A stretch of DNA of 64,000 bases, taken from Robiginitomaculum sp. (GTDB taxonomy: Bacteria; Pseudomonadota; Alphaproteobacteria; Caulobacterales; Maricaulaceae). Made by a program: the position numbers and the translations under genes. Below the pieces are notes generated by a model. That model saw only the letters and a list, made by a program, of their open reading frames with translations, did no database searches and had not been told where the DNA came from. Below, piece by piece: positions 9,193 through 17,985 of this stretch (its first letter is position 1; every line of letters starts with the position of its first letter). The stretch lies in assembly GCA_027080345.1 (NCBI GenBank), contig JALWSB010000042.1, forward strand, positions 22,967-86,966, in the 5' to 3' direction.

Positions 9193-10365
9193 ATGCCCGA
9201 TGCCCACCCGCAAACAAATACAAAAAGCAAAACCGCCAAACCCCAGACGGTAAAAACAAGGACTGGCATTACCCTGCCGGAAAAACTGACCGGGCGGCTT
9301 GATGATATAGGGCATCAGGTTCGCACCTCACTGACGGATATTATGGGCATGGCGCGGCTGTTGCAGGAAACCGCCTTGAACGAGGAGCAAGCTGATTATG
9401 CCGACACCATTACCCGCTCCAGCCACGAATTGTTATTGCTGGTGGATAATTGCCTTGATCTGGAACGATTGGAAAATGGCACTTTGGGGGTCAGTGAAGA
9501 ACAGTTTGGAATCACCGAGGCCCTGTTATCGATGATTGAACGCATCCGCCCGACAGCGGCGGCCGCCGCCATGCCGATCAGTCTTGAATTTGCCCCGGAC
9601 ATTGATCACCACATTTGTTGCGACAAGGCCCGGCTTTCACAAATGGTTTACAACCTTGCCGCCTATCTTATTGCCAACAGCCAAAAGGGCGTGTTGCGCA
9701 TGGCCGCGTCTTTAAGTGAGGACGAATGGGGCGATCATTTAACGCTGGTTTTGAGCGCCGGCAAACCTTTAGAGACAAAAACAGATAGTGAAAAGCAAGG
9801 GAATATCGCCCTTGAAATGAGTAAAAAACTGGCCCGGCTGATGGGCGGTGACATCACTATTGAGCAACAGGAAAAGCAAAACATTTGCGCCACCGTTCAC
9901 ATTCGCGTTTCCACCACAGCCCAGGAAGAAGAAAACGCTGAACCGGAAAGAAAAGTCCGCCTGCTTGTGGCCGAAGACAGCCGCGCCAACCAACGCCTGA
10001 TTGGCCTGATCCTCTCCAAACTTGGCTATGACTATGACATGGTTGCCAATGGTGCCGAAGCCGTCGACGCGATTAATACCAGCCATTTTGATATGATCCT
10101 GATGGACCTGCACATGCCGGTTATGGACGGGTTTGCCGCCACCCGGGCCATTCGGGCGCTGGACGATGGGCGTGCCCGCACGCCGATTATTGCCCTGACA
10201 GCCGATGTCAGACCCCAGGCCCGCACCGAAGTTTTGAGCGCGGGCATGGATGCTTATCTGATCAAGCCCATTGATGTGCCCAAGCTGGCCCAGACAGTCG
10301 AAGACATGATGCTGCGCAATCGCACCGGGGGGACGCATGTGCCGGTCCAGCGCGCCAGCGCCTGA
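9193..10365 (+). CDS. Soluble HisKA - degenerate HATPase-like - receiver protein (hybrid kinase-like, probable phosphotransfer protein)
   Basis: H-box IGHQVRTSLTDIMGM. C-terminal REC (RLLVAEDSRANQ...DMILMDLHMPVMDG...ALTADV...KPID). By eye the N, G1 and G2 ATP-binding boxes are degenerate (see findings). TTG start 9148 trimmed to ATG 9193, which has an AAGGA RBS. Confidence 0.7.
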   Translation: MPDAHPQTNTKSKTAKPQTVKTRTGITLPEKLTGRLDDIGHQVRTSLTDIMGMARLLQETALNEEQADYADTITRSSHELLLLVDNCLDLERLENGTLGVSEEQFGITEALLSMIERIRPTAAAAAMPISLEFAPDIDHHICCDKARLSQMVYNLAAYLIANSQKGVLRMAASLSEDEWGDHLTLVLSAGKPLETKTDSEKQGNIALEMSKKLARLMGGDITIEQQEKQNICATVHIRVSTTAQEEENAEPERKVRLLVAEDSRANQRLIGLILSKLGYDYDMVANGAEAVDAINTSHFDMILMDLHMPVMDGFAATRAIRALDDGRARTPIIALTADVRPQARTEVLSAGMDAYLIKPIDVPKLAQTVEDMMLRNRTGGTHVPVQRASA

Positions 10366-10443
10366 GCAAAACGCTCACGCTGGCGTGCTTTGCGCCGATC
10401 ACCCAAAACTTACCAATATGGGTGTGTTGCCCGCCATCAAAAC

Positions 10444-10484
10444 CTTTGGACTTCTTTAACTTTGGTTAACGGGATTCCCATAGC
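10444..10484 (+). promoter_or_regulatory. Conserved ctrA upstream block, copy 1: TTAAC-N5-TTAAC direct repeat plus GANTC (GATTC)
   Basis: CTTTGGACTTCTTTAACTTTGGTTAACGGGATTCCCATAGC. TTAAC at 10456-10460 and 10466-10470. GATTC at 10473-10477. Only 4 mismatches to the block at 11371-11411. Confidence 0.5.
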
Positions 10485-10556
10485 CTGCAAATACGTTAAT
10501 AATACCATATCAGAAGCGGCCAAAGCCGCTTGGCGACAATTTAAAGGGAGGGGCTC

Positions 10557-11246
10557 ATGCGGGTACTCTTGATTGAGGATGATCACGCCACGGCACAAAT
10601 GATCAAATTGATGTTGAAATCAGAAGGCTTTGTCATCGATACAACCGAGCTGGGCGAAGAGGGTGTCGATATTGGTAAAATCTATGATTACGATATCATT
10701 CTTCTGGATTTGCAATTACCGGATATGCCCGGCTCTGAAGTCCTCAAGAAATTACGCCTTTCCAAGGTGGAAACCCCGGTCATTATTTTGTCGGGAACCT
10801 CTGACACCGAAGTGAAGATCAAAAACCTGGGATTTGGTGCGGATGATTATCTGACCAAACCTTTTAACAAAGGCGAGCTGATAGCCCGTATCCGCGCCGT
10901 GGTGCGGCGCTCCAAAGGTCATGCCCAATCGCTCATTACCACCGGGCCGGTTTGCGTCAATCTTGATGCCAAAACCGTTGAGATCAATAAACAGCGCATA
11001 CACCTGACCAGCAAGGAATATGAGATTCTGGAACTCTTATCCTTGCGTAAAGGATCAACCCTGACCAAGGAAATGTTCCTCAATCACCTTTATAACGGTA
11101 TGGATGAACCGGAACAGAAAATCATTGACGTGTTTATCTGCAAATTGCGTAAGAAAATTGCCGATGCCACTGGCAATAAAGACTTTATTGAAACCGTCTG
11201 GGGGCGCGGCTATGTGCTGAATGACCCCAAAGAAGAAGCGGCATAG
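10557..11246 (+). CDS. ctrA: Cell-cycle/motility response regulator CtrA, copy 1 (OmpR family)
   Basis: 229 aa. Near-collinear with CtrA as I remember it (MRVLLIEDD...[10 protein letters not shown]...[12 protein letters not shown]...[11 protein letters not shown]...[48 protein letters not shown]...[11 protein letters not shown]). Strong RBS AAAGGGAGGGG. Confidence 0.9.
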   Translation: MRVLLIEDDHATAQMIKLMLKSEGFVIDTTELGEEGVDIGKIYDYDIILLDLQLPDMPGSEVLKKLRLSKVETPVIILSGTSDTEVKIKNLGFGADDYLTKPFNKGELIARIRAVVRRSKGHAQSLITTGPVCVNLDAKTVEINKQRIHLTSKEYEILELLSLRKGSTLTKEMFLNHLYNGMDEPEQKIIDVFICKLRKKIADATGNKDFIETVWGRGYVLNDPKEEAA

Positions 11247-11277
11247 ACGAAAACACATAACATAGAGCACATTGAAA

Positions 11278-11303
11278 ACGGCCCCCTTCGGGGGTCGTTT
11301 TTT
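11278..11303 (+). terminator. Rho-independent terminator after ctrA copy 1
   Basis: ACGGCCCCC-TTC-GGGGGTCGT followed by a T6 run. Confidence 0.7.
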
Positions 11304-11370
11304 ATTTAACCGGCAATGGCCTGCGCTTTTTTCTTTCAAATATGAACACTTTTTTACGCGCCGCCAGAAT

Positions 11371-11411
11371 CTTTGGATTTGTTTAACTTTGGTTAAGGGG
11401 ATTCACATAGC
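11371..11411 (+). promoter_or_regulatory. Conserved ctrA upstream block, copy 2: TTAAC-N5-TTAAG plus GANTC
   Basis: CTTTGGATTTGTTTAACTTTGGTTAAGGGGATTCACATAGC. TTAAC at 11383-11387, TTAAG at 11393-11397, GATTC at 11400-11404. Confidence 0.5.
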
Positions 11412-11423
11412 GTAACGATGGAG

Positions 11424-11431
11424 TTAACCAT
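11424..11431 (+). promoter_or_regulatory. Perfect CtrA half-site TTAACCAT upstream of ctrA copy 2
   Basis: Read directly (gagTTAACCATgacg), 51 nt upstream of the ATG. No equivalent upstream of copy 1. Confidence 0.35.
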
Positions 11432-11481
11432 GACGCAGAAGAGCAAATAAAGTGATTCGGCGACAGTAAAGGGAGGGGCTC

Positions 11482-12171
11482 ATGCGGGTTCTCTTGATCG
11501 AGGATGATCGCGCAACAGCGCAAATGATTGAACTGATGTTAAAGCCGGAAGGGTTTATCATCGACACAACAGAACTGGGAGAAGACGGCGTCGAAATCGG
11601 CAAGATTTATGATCACGACATTATCCTTCTGGATCTGCAATTACCGGACATGTCCGGCTCTGATGTGTTAAAACAATTACGGCTGGCCAAGGTGGAAACA
11701 CCGGTGTTGATCCTGTCGGGCACCACCGATACCGAAGTTAAAGTCAAAAACCTGGGCTCTGGCGCAGACGATTATCTGACCAAACCTTTCCACAAGGATG
11801 AACTGGTCGCCCGCATCCGCGCCGTGGTGCGGCGCTCCAAAGGCCATGCCCAATCGCTCATCACCACCGGTTCGGTTTGTGTTAATCTTGATGCCAAAAC
11901 CGTCGATGTAAACAAACAGCGCGTCCATTTGACCGGCAAGGAATACCAGATGCTGGAGCTTTTGTCCTTGCGCAAGGGGACAACCTTGACCAAGGAAATG
12001 TTCCTCAACCACCTTTATGGTGGCATGGATGAGCCGGAACTGAAAATCATTGATGTATTTATCTGCAAATTGCGCAGAAAACTGGCCAATGCCACCGGCG
12101 GTGAACACTTTATCGAAACCGTTTGGGGGCGCGGCTATGTCCTGCGCGACCCGGAAAGAGAAGCCGCATAA
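11482..12171 (+). CDS. ctrA: Response regulator CtrA, copy 2 (tandem paralogue)
   Basis: 229 aa with no indels relative to copy 1. About 37 substitutions by hand count. Phospho-acceptor context [10 protein letters not shown] is retained. Same RBS as copy 1. Confidence 0.9.
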   Translation: MRVLLIEDDRATAQMIELMLKPEGFIIDTTELGEDGVEIGKIYDHDIILLDLQLPDMSGSDVLKQLRLAKVETPVLILSGTTDTEVKVKNLGSGADDYLTKPFHKDELVARIRAVVRRSKGHAQSLITTGSVCVNLDAKTVDVNKQRVHLTGKEYQMLELLSLRKGTTLTKEMFLNHLYGGMDEPELKIIDVFICKLRRKLANATGGEHFIETVWGRGYVLRDPEREAA

Positions 12172-12193
12172 ACCCTCGCGCGACACCATGATG

Positions 12194-12220
12194 AAAACGG
12201 CCCCTCGCGGGGCCGTTTTT
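12194..12220. terminator. Bidirectional terminator between ctrA copy 2 and cheR
   Basis: AAAACGGCCCC-TCGC-GGGGCCGTTTT, a perfect 11-bp stem flanked by A-run and T-run. Confidence 0.75.
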
Positions 12221-12257
12221 ATGCCTGAATTATCGTAAAAACGAGGACTGCCCTCTA

Positions 12258-13091
12258 TTAAGCGACTTTCGCGGCCGGACGGTCTTTGCGCACATAAAGC
12301 CCGCGTTTTCCCGGCACAGGCGCAAACGCATCGCTTAGCCCCATAACCGTTTCTGCCGCCCCCAAAAACAAATACCCGTCCGGAGCCAACGCCTGAGACA
12401 GGCGATTAAGAATATCTGATTTGGTGGCCTGATCGAAATAGATCAGGACATTGCGGCAGAAAATAACATCAAAAGTGCCCATGGTGCGAAAGTTTTCCAG
12501 AAGATTGAACTTTCTAAACGTGATGTTTTGCCGCAAAGACGGATCGATCCGCCACAAATCGCCAGCCTTTTCAAAATATTTGACCAGCAATTGCACCGGC
12601 AAACCCCGTTGCACTTCGAATTGCGTATAAAGGCCGGTTTTGGCTTTTTCCAACACCTTGTCAGAAATATCTGTGGCCAGAATATCTACATTCATACCGT
12701 TCATGCGCGGCGCTTCTTCCTTGGCGATCATGGCGATCGAATAAGGTTCCTGGCCACTGGATGCAGCGGCGCACCAGATTTTGGCTTTCGCACCGGGGCG
12801 CCGGTTGGCGCTTAAATGCGGAATGACCTCCGTTTTGAACAATTCAAACGGCGTTTTGTCACGAAAGAAAAATGTTTCATTGGTGGTCATCGCTTCGGTG
12901 ACCTGCCAGTTCAGCCCCTCATTGGGCCGGGTGCGCATGGCGCGCACCAACTCCTCGACCGAACCATACCCTTCGCGCCGGGCAATCGGTGACAAACGGC
13001 TATCCAGAAGATAGCCTTTGTCAGGCGACAATACGTGGCCGGACTTCTTTTTGAGCATTTGAACAAGAAATGCGAAGTCTTCTGTATTCAT
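12258..13091 (-). CDS. cheR: Chemotaxis protein methyltransferase
   Basis: 277 aa. CheR N-domain plus a SAM methyltransferase (IWCAAASSGQEPYSIAM, VIFCRNVLIYF). The ATG overlaps the cheB stop (ATGA). Confidence 0.93.
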   Translation of the reverse strand: MNTEDFAFLVQMLKKKSGHVLSPDKGYLLDSRLSPIARREGYGSVEELVRAMRTRPNEGLNWQVTEAMTTNETFFFRDKTPFELFKTEVIPHLSANRRPGAKAKIWCAAASSGQEPYSIAMIAKEEAPRMNGMNVDILATDISDKVLEKAKTGLYTQFEVQRGLPVQLLVKYFEKAGDLWRIDPSLRQNITFRKFNLLENFRTMGTFDVIFCRNVLIYFDQATKSDILNRLSQALAPDGYLFLGAAETVMGLSDAFAPVPGKRGLYVRKDRPAAKVA

Positions 13092-14206
13092 TTTACCTGT
13101 TCTCCACTAACCATACGCAAAACCGTTGGTGCAACTTGTTTTAAGGGTTGAATGCTCTGGGCAAGACCCGCCCTGGCGATTGAGCCGGGCATGCCCCAAA
13201 CCACAGAAGTAGCTTCGTCCTGCGCAATAATGGCGGCCCCGGTTTTCACCATATTTTCCGCCCCCGCGCAGCCATCATGCCCCATGCCGGTCAACACAAC
13301 GCCCAGCGCTTTATTGCCATAAATTTCAGCGGCAGAACGAAACATCGGATCAACCGCCGGTCGGCAATAATTCTCTGGCGGACGTTGATCCAGCCCGATC
13401 ACAACGGTGGCGCCCTTGCGCCGCACCGTCATGTGATAATCACCCGGTGCCAAATAGACCCCGTTGGCCTTGACCGGCATGCCATCACGCCCCTCGACCA
13501 CCAGTTTACGCGAGGCCTTGGTCAGGTGTTCGGCCAGAACCTTGGTAAAGGCCTTTGGCATGTGCTGGGTAATAAAAATTGGAATATCAAGTTTTGGTCC
13601 CAAAACGGCCATAACATCACGCAAAGCCTGCGGGCCGCCGGTAGATGAGCCGATAAACAGGGCCTGCGCTTTGGGGCGGGGCCCTTTTTGTGCGGGCACG
13701 CGGTTGACCCTGGCCGGCGGGGCGGCCGTGGCGCGCGCAGGCGCGGCGCGCCGGTGCTTGACCTCGCCCAAGGCGCGTACTTTGGCGATCAGGGCATCGC
13801 GAAAATCATTGGCACTGGCCAAAGTACTTGATTCAGGTTTGGGAACATAATCAGCCGCGCCTTTCGATAAGGCGCGCAAGGTAATATCGGCATTGCGATG
13901 CGTCAGTGTCGAGGCCATAACCACTTTGCTTGACGGAGAGGCTTTGAGGATTTGCGGCAAGGCGCTCAAGCCATCGAGCCGGGGCATTTCAATATCGAGA
14001 ATAACCACGTCGGGTTTATATTGCTGCGCCGCTTTGATGGCCAATTCGCCATCACTGGCCTTGGCAACGATTTCAATATCTTTTTCCGCGCTCAGCCAGC
14101 GCGCAACCAAGCCGCGCACAACCGCCGAATCATCCGTTACGAGAACGGTGATTGTCTTGCCAGACGATGCCTCCGAAGGCGCCGCATATGAAGGGTTGTG
14201 CACCAT
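13088..14206 (-). CDS. cheB: Chemotaxis response regulator protein-glutamate methylesterase
   Basis: REC (VLVTDDSAVVR...VVILDIEMPRLDG) plus an esterase domain (GSSTGGPQAL, GMGHDG). TTG start 14233 trimmed to ATG 14206, 4 nt after the cheY stop. Confidence 0.92.
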   Translation of the reverse strand: MVHNPSYAAPSEASSGKTITVLVTDDSAVVRGLVARWLSAEKDIEIVAKASDGELAIKAAQQYKPDVVILDIEMPRLDGLSALPQILKASPSSKVVMASTLTHRNADITLRALSKGAADYVPKPESSTLASANDFRDALIAKVRALGEVKHRRAAPARATAAPPARVNRVPAQKGPRPKAQALFIGSSTGGPQALRDVMAVLGPKLDIPIFITQHMPKAFTKVLAEHLTKASRKLVVEGRDGMPVKANGVYLAPGDYHMTVRRKGATVVIGLDQRPPENYCRPAVDPMFRSAAEIYGNKALGVVLTGMGHDGCAGAENMVKTGAAIIAQDEATSVVWGMPGSIARAGLAQSIQPLKQVAPTVLRMVSGEQVK

Positions 14207-14210
14207 ATGC

Positions 14211-14576
14211 TCAGACCAGCCCCGCTTCAGCAAATTTGGCGTTCAGAATGTCTCCGTCAAAGGGTTTCATAATATATTCATTGGCCCCGGCGCGCAGTGC
14301 TTCGGAAATGTGGCCCATATCATTTTCGGTTGTGCAAAAAACAACAATCGGCTGATCGCCACCACTTTCTTTGCGCAACGCGCGTAAAAAATCGATGCCG
14401 CTCATCACCGGCATATTCCAGTCCAGAAGAATGGCGTCAGGCATGGTTTTGCGGCAATGCTCCAGCGCCTGCGCGCCGTCAGCGGCCTCGTCGCAATCAA
14501 ATTCCATACCTTCGAGAATTCTGCGGGCCACTTTGCGGATAACCCGTGAATCGTCAACTACAAGGCAGTTTTTCAT
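14211..14576 (-). CDS. cheY: Chemotaxis single-domain response regulator
   Basis: 121 aa REC (CLVVDDSRVIR...AILLDWNMPVMSG...YIMKPF). Confidence 0.9.
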   Translation of the reverse strand: MKNCLVVDDSRVIRKVARRILEGMEFDCDEAADGAQALEHCRKTMPDAILLDWNMPVMSGIDFLRALRKESGGDQPIVVFCTTENDMGHISEALRAGANEYIMKPFDGDILNAKFAEAGLV

Positions 14577-14608
14577 AGCTCTTCCATCCCTATATGCACC
14601 CTGAATAA

Positions 14609-15094
14609 TCAGGCTGCTTGTGCGCTTGGCGTCTCGACATTCAACATCTTCTTGATGTCGAGAATAATCAGCAACCGTTTATCAAGACGGTAAATACCTT
14701 TTGACACCGCTTGCCATTGCGGATCCATATTGCACGGAACTGCTTCACAATTCCTTTCCAAGAGGCGTAAAACTTCACCGACCTTGTCAATCAACAGGCT
14801 GTAGGACTCATTTTCGATCTCCACACCAACGGCCATGCAAGGTTTGTCCTCGTCTTCGCGGGGCGGCAGGCCGAGGCGCTGGCGCGCATCAATTGCCGTG
14901 ACAATACGGCCCCGTAAATTCAGAACCCCACGCACTTCGGGCGGCGCCATGGGCACGGCGGTCAGGCATTGGGGTTGAAATACGTCATGAATATCCGTGA
15001 CCTCGATACCGAAAAGCTGATCAGCAATTTCAACGGTTACATATTCCTGGCTGTCCGCATTGATGTGGATGGATTGTTCTTCGGACTCGCTCAT
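14609..15094 (-). CDS. cheW: Chemotaxis coupling protein
   Basis: 161 aa CheW-like domain (GVLNLRGRIVTAIDARQRLGL). The ATG overlaps the cheA stop (ATGA). Confidence 0.9.
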   Translation of the reverse strand: MSESEEQSIHINADSQEYVTVEIADQLFGIEVTDIHDVFQPQCLTAVPMAPPEVRGVLNLRGRIVTAIDARQRLGLPPREDEDKPCMAVGVEIENESYSLLIDKVGEVLRLLERNCEAVPCNMDPQWQAVSKGIYRLDKRLLIILDIKKMLNVETPSAQAA

Positions 15095-17850
15095 GCCGCT
15101 TCTCCTTGGGATTGTAAGACATAATCGATTGTGGATATGAGCGATTCGCGGTCCGCTTTACGCACAATATCGGTAAAGGCCTCTGTTGCGCCGATCCGGT
15201 CGAGATCATTTTGCGCCAGCGCCGAAAGCGCCAGCCGCGGTACATGGGACCAGCGCTCGTCATCGGCAAGTTTGGTGGCAAAGGCGACGCCGGTTTCGTC
15301 GGGCATTTCAATATCAGAAACAATGACATCAAATTCAGCACCCCCAGTATTCAGCTCCCACGCCTGGGCGGCGCTGCTGACCGCGGTCACCTCATAGCCC
15401 GCCGCGCTGATTAATGGCGCGACCATATTGCGGAAAAACGCATTATCATCGACCAGCAAAACCCGGCGCTTTTGAATCGATTCCGATTCATCACCCTTTT
15501 TGGCAACCTCAAACCAGTCATGGAAGGCCTGGGCCAGGTAATACCCGACATCAATAACCTCGGTGGCCTTGCCTTTAAGAACCGCTGCACCGATCACCCC
15601 TGGTGCGCTGCCGCTCATTTCAACATCAAGAACTTCTTCAACAATATCAATAATTTCATCAACAACCAGGCCGACAGAGCGCCCCCCATCAGTAAAGACC
15701 AGAACCGACTGATGGGTTTTATCCGCCAGTTCCGCATAGCCGCCGACATGAACCAGCGGCATCAGGCCGCCACGATATTGCACGAGCTGTTCGCCATTAA
15801 CCTCTTCCACCGTGCTGGTTTCTATTTCCTCCAACCGGGTAACCAGGCTCAACGGTACCGCTTTTGGTTCATTACCACCTGCGTTGAATAACAGCATGGC
15901 TGTTTTCTCGCTCCCGGATTCCACGGCACGGTCTTCGGCCTTTGTGGTTTTTTCAATCTCGTCGCTGGCGCTGACGGCCTTGGCCACGCCATTTGGATCA
16001 ATGATCATAATCACCGATCCATCGCCCAAAATCGTATTGCCAGAGAATACGGAAATATTGCTCAATATATTGGCCAGCGGTTTAACAACAATTTCTTCTG
16101 TGTCGAAAACATTATCGACGACAACCCCGAAACGCTGTTCCCCAACCACCATAACCACAACAAAAGCGGTGTCACTTTGTGTCTGCGCTCTGGGCAGACC
16201 CAAAACATCGGCAAGATCGACCAACGGCAGCAAGGTGTCGCGCAAACGCAGCACCCGGGTGTCGTGAATATGCTCAACCTGATGCTCCCCGTCAGGGCTG
16301 GTACGCACCAGTTCCAGAATGGAAAGTTGCGGAATGGCAAAGCGGCCATTTGCTGATTCGACAATCAGCGCCGAAACAATCGCCAGGGTAAGCGGAATTT
16401 TGATTTTAAATGTTGTGCCTTCGCCATCAACCGATGACAAATCTATCGTGCCGCCAATTTGCTCAATATTCGAGCGCACAACATCCATGCCCACGCCGCG
16501 CCCGGAAATCGATGTCACCTTGGCCGCCGTTGACAGGCCGGCGGCAAAAACCAGCCGGTGGATCTGGTTTTCAGTCATTGTCTGCGCTTCGGCTTCGGTA
16601 ATCACCCCGTTATCAATCGCTTTGCGACGAATTTTGGAGGTGGGCAGCCCGGCCCCGTCATCGGCAATTTCGATAACAATATGCCCGCCTTCATGATAGG
16701 CGGAAAGGTGGATCTGTCCGGCCTCAGGCTTGTTGGCCGCGCGGCGAATGTCCGCCGGTTCAATACCGTGATCACAGGAATTACGCACCATATGGGTTAA
16801 AGGATCACGAATCAGCTCCAGCACCTGCCGGTCCAGCTCTGTGCTTTCCCCACTCATATGCAGGTCAATCGCCTTGCCAACCGCTTTGGACGAATCGCGC
16901 ACGATCCGGGGTAGTTTTTTCCAGGCATTGCCGATTGGCTGCATCCGGGTTTTCATCACCCCGTCCTGCAATTCCGCGGTCACGCTGGACAAACGCTGCA
17001 AGGGTACTTTTATATCGCTATCGTCCATTGTGCGCACAATTTGCATTAATTGATTGCGGGTCAGGACCAGTTCCGAGACCATGGTCATCAGGTCTTCGAT
17101 AACATCAACATTGACGCGAATGGATTGTGCCACCAGCGGATGGTCACCACCGCCCTGTTTGGCTTTTTCCGCTTCGCGTTTCTTTTTCTCTTCTTCGGCT
17201 TTTTTGGCTTCGGCTTCAGCTATTCTGGCTTCCTCTGCCAGTTTATCCAGATCCGGGCCATCGGCCTCCTGGAAGGCCTTTTCCAGATCCGCCAGCGATA
17301 CCTCGCCCGGGCGCAAAGGACGATTGAGATCAGCATCGTATTCACCACCTGATTCACTGGACTCTACCGGCGCTTCGGTTTGCTCTGGCGCGGCCTCCAC
17401 GGTTTCTTCAGGCGCTTCAGCCACCGTTTCAGGTTCAGCCACCGCTTCAGTGTCTTGCGCCACCGCGGCCCCTTTGCCTTCCGAGGCTTCGACCAGCGCC
17501 GCAATCATATCGGCGTCATCGCCTTCTGGCTCACTTTGTTCGGCTTCCAGATGATCCAGAATAACCCGCAACTGGTCAATCGATTCAAGGATCAATGTGA
17601 CAGAGGCCGGGTTGGGCATCAGTGTTTTATCACGATATTTACCCAGCAGCGTTTCGCCGGCATGGGCCAGAGCTTCCAACCGGGGCAGTCCCAAAAAGCC
17701 GCACGTCCCCTTGATCGTATGGACCAGACGGAAAATATTATTCAGGGTTTCCTCATCGCCCGGGTCCTGCTCAAACTTGATCAGTTCCGCATCAACGGTT
17801 TCAAGGCTCTCAGCGGTTTCGGTCAGAAATTCGCCTAATAAATCATCCAT
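15091..17850 (-). CDS. cheA: Chemotaxis histidine kinase CheA with C-terminal receiver domain (CheA-REC hybrid)
   Basis: 919 aa. Hpt (FRLVHTIKGTCGFLGL), acidic/lysine-rich linker, dimerisation plus HATPase (IADDGAGL, GRGVGMDVV), CheW-like domain, and C-terminal REC (RVLLVDDNAFFR...DVIVSDIEMPDETG). Confidence 0.93.
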   Translation of the reverse strand: MDDLLGEFLTETAESLETVDAELIKFEQDPGDEETLNNIFRLVHTIKGTCGFLGLPRLEALAHAGETLLGKYRDKTLMPNPASVTLILESIDQLRVILDHLEAEQSEPEGDDADMIAALVEASEGKGAAVAQDTEAVAEPETVAEAPEETVEAAPEQTEAPVESSESGGEYDADLNRPLRPGEVSLADLEKAFQEADGPDLDKLAEEARIAEAEAKKAEEEKKKREAEKAKQGGGDHPLVAQSIRVNVDVIEDLMTMVSELVLTRNQLMQIVRTMDDSDIKVPLQRLSSVTAELQDGVMKTRMQPIGNAWKKLPRIVRDSSKAVGKAIDLHMSGESTELDRQVLELIRDPLTHMVRNSCDHGIEPADIRRAANKPEAGQIHLSAYHEGGHIVIEIADDGAGLPTSKIRRKAIDNGVITEAEAQTMTENQIHRLVFAAGLSTAAKVTSISGRGVGMDVVRSNIEQIGGTIDLSSVDGEGTTFKIKIPLTLAIVSALIVESANGRFAIPQLSILELVRTSPDGEHQVEHIHDTRVLRLRDTLLPLVDLADVLGLPRAQTQSDTAFVVVMVVGEQRFGVVVDNVFDTEEIVVKPLANILSNISVFSGNTILGDGSVIMIIDPNGVAKAVSASDEIEKTTKAEDRAVESGSEKTAMLLFNAGGNEPKAVPLSLVTRLEEIETSTVEEVNGEQLVQYRGGLMPLVHVGGYAELADKTHQSVLVFTDGGRSVGLVVDEIIDIVEEVLDVEMSGSAPGVIGAAVLKGKATEVIDVGYYLAQAFHDWFEVAKKGDESESIQKRRVLLVDDNAFFRNMVAPLISAAGYEVTAVSSAAQAWELNTGGAEFDVIVSDIEMPDETGVAFATKLADDERWSHVPRLALSALAQNDLDRIGATEAFTDIVRKADRESLISTIDYVLQSQGEAA

Positions 17851-17954
17851 GGAATATACTCCCCCCTTGGGTCACAGCCGCCATAAGGCCATCCGGTTAT
17901 GTCCATCATTAACCGGAGTGGTTAAGAGGGTCCTAAAATGCTCTGAATACAGAG

Positions 17955-17985
17955 ATTTATATACACTTTTTACGTGTATATAAAT
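17955..17985. promoter_or_regulatory. Perfect 12-bp AT-rich inverted repeat between the ChpT-like gene and cheA
   Basis: ATTTATATACAC-TTTTTAC-GTGTATATAAAT. Abuts the ChpT-like stop codon. A second small palindrome CTCTG-AATA-CAGAG lies at 17941-17954. Confidence 0.4.

Noticed and set aside
10456-10470. Calling TTAAC-N5-TTAAC upstream of ctrA a canonical CtrA box.
   Set aside because: The canonical box is TTAA-N7-TTAAC, with an 11-bp register, and here the half-sites are 10 bp apart. It is reported only as CtrA-box-like. TTAAC and TTAACC words are also frequent enough that isolated hits (for example 9172, 18809 and 61104) were not called.
11430-11450. 6-codon mini-ORF (ATG ACG CAG AAG AGC AAA TAA) in the ctrA copy 2 leader.
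   Set aside because: It is too short to support as a coding feature and has no RBS. It is mentioned only as a difference between the two leaders.
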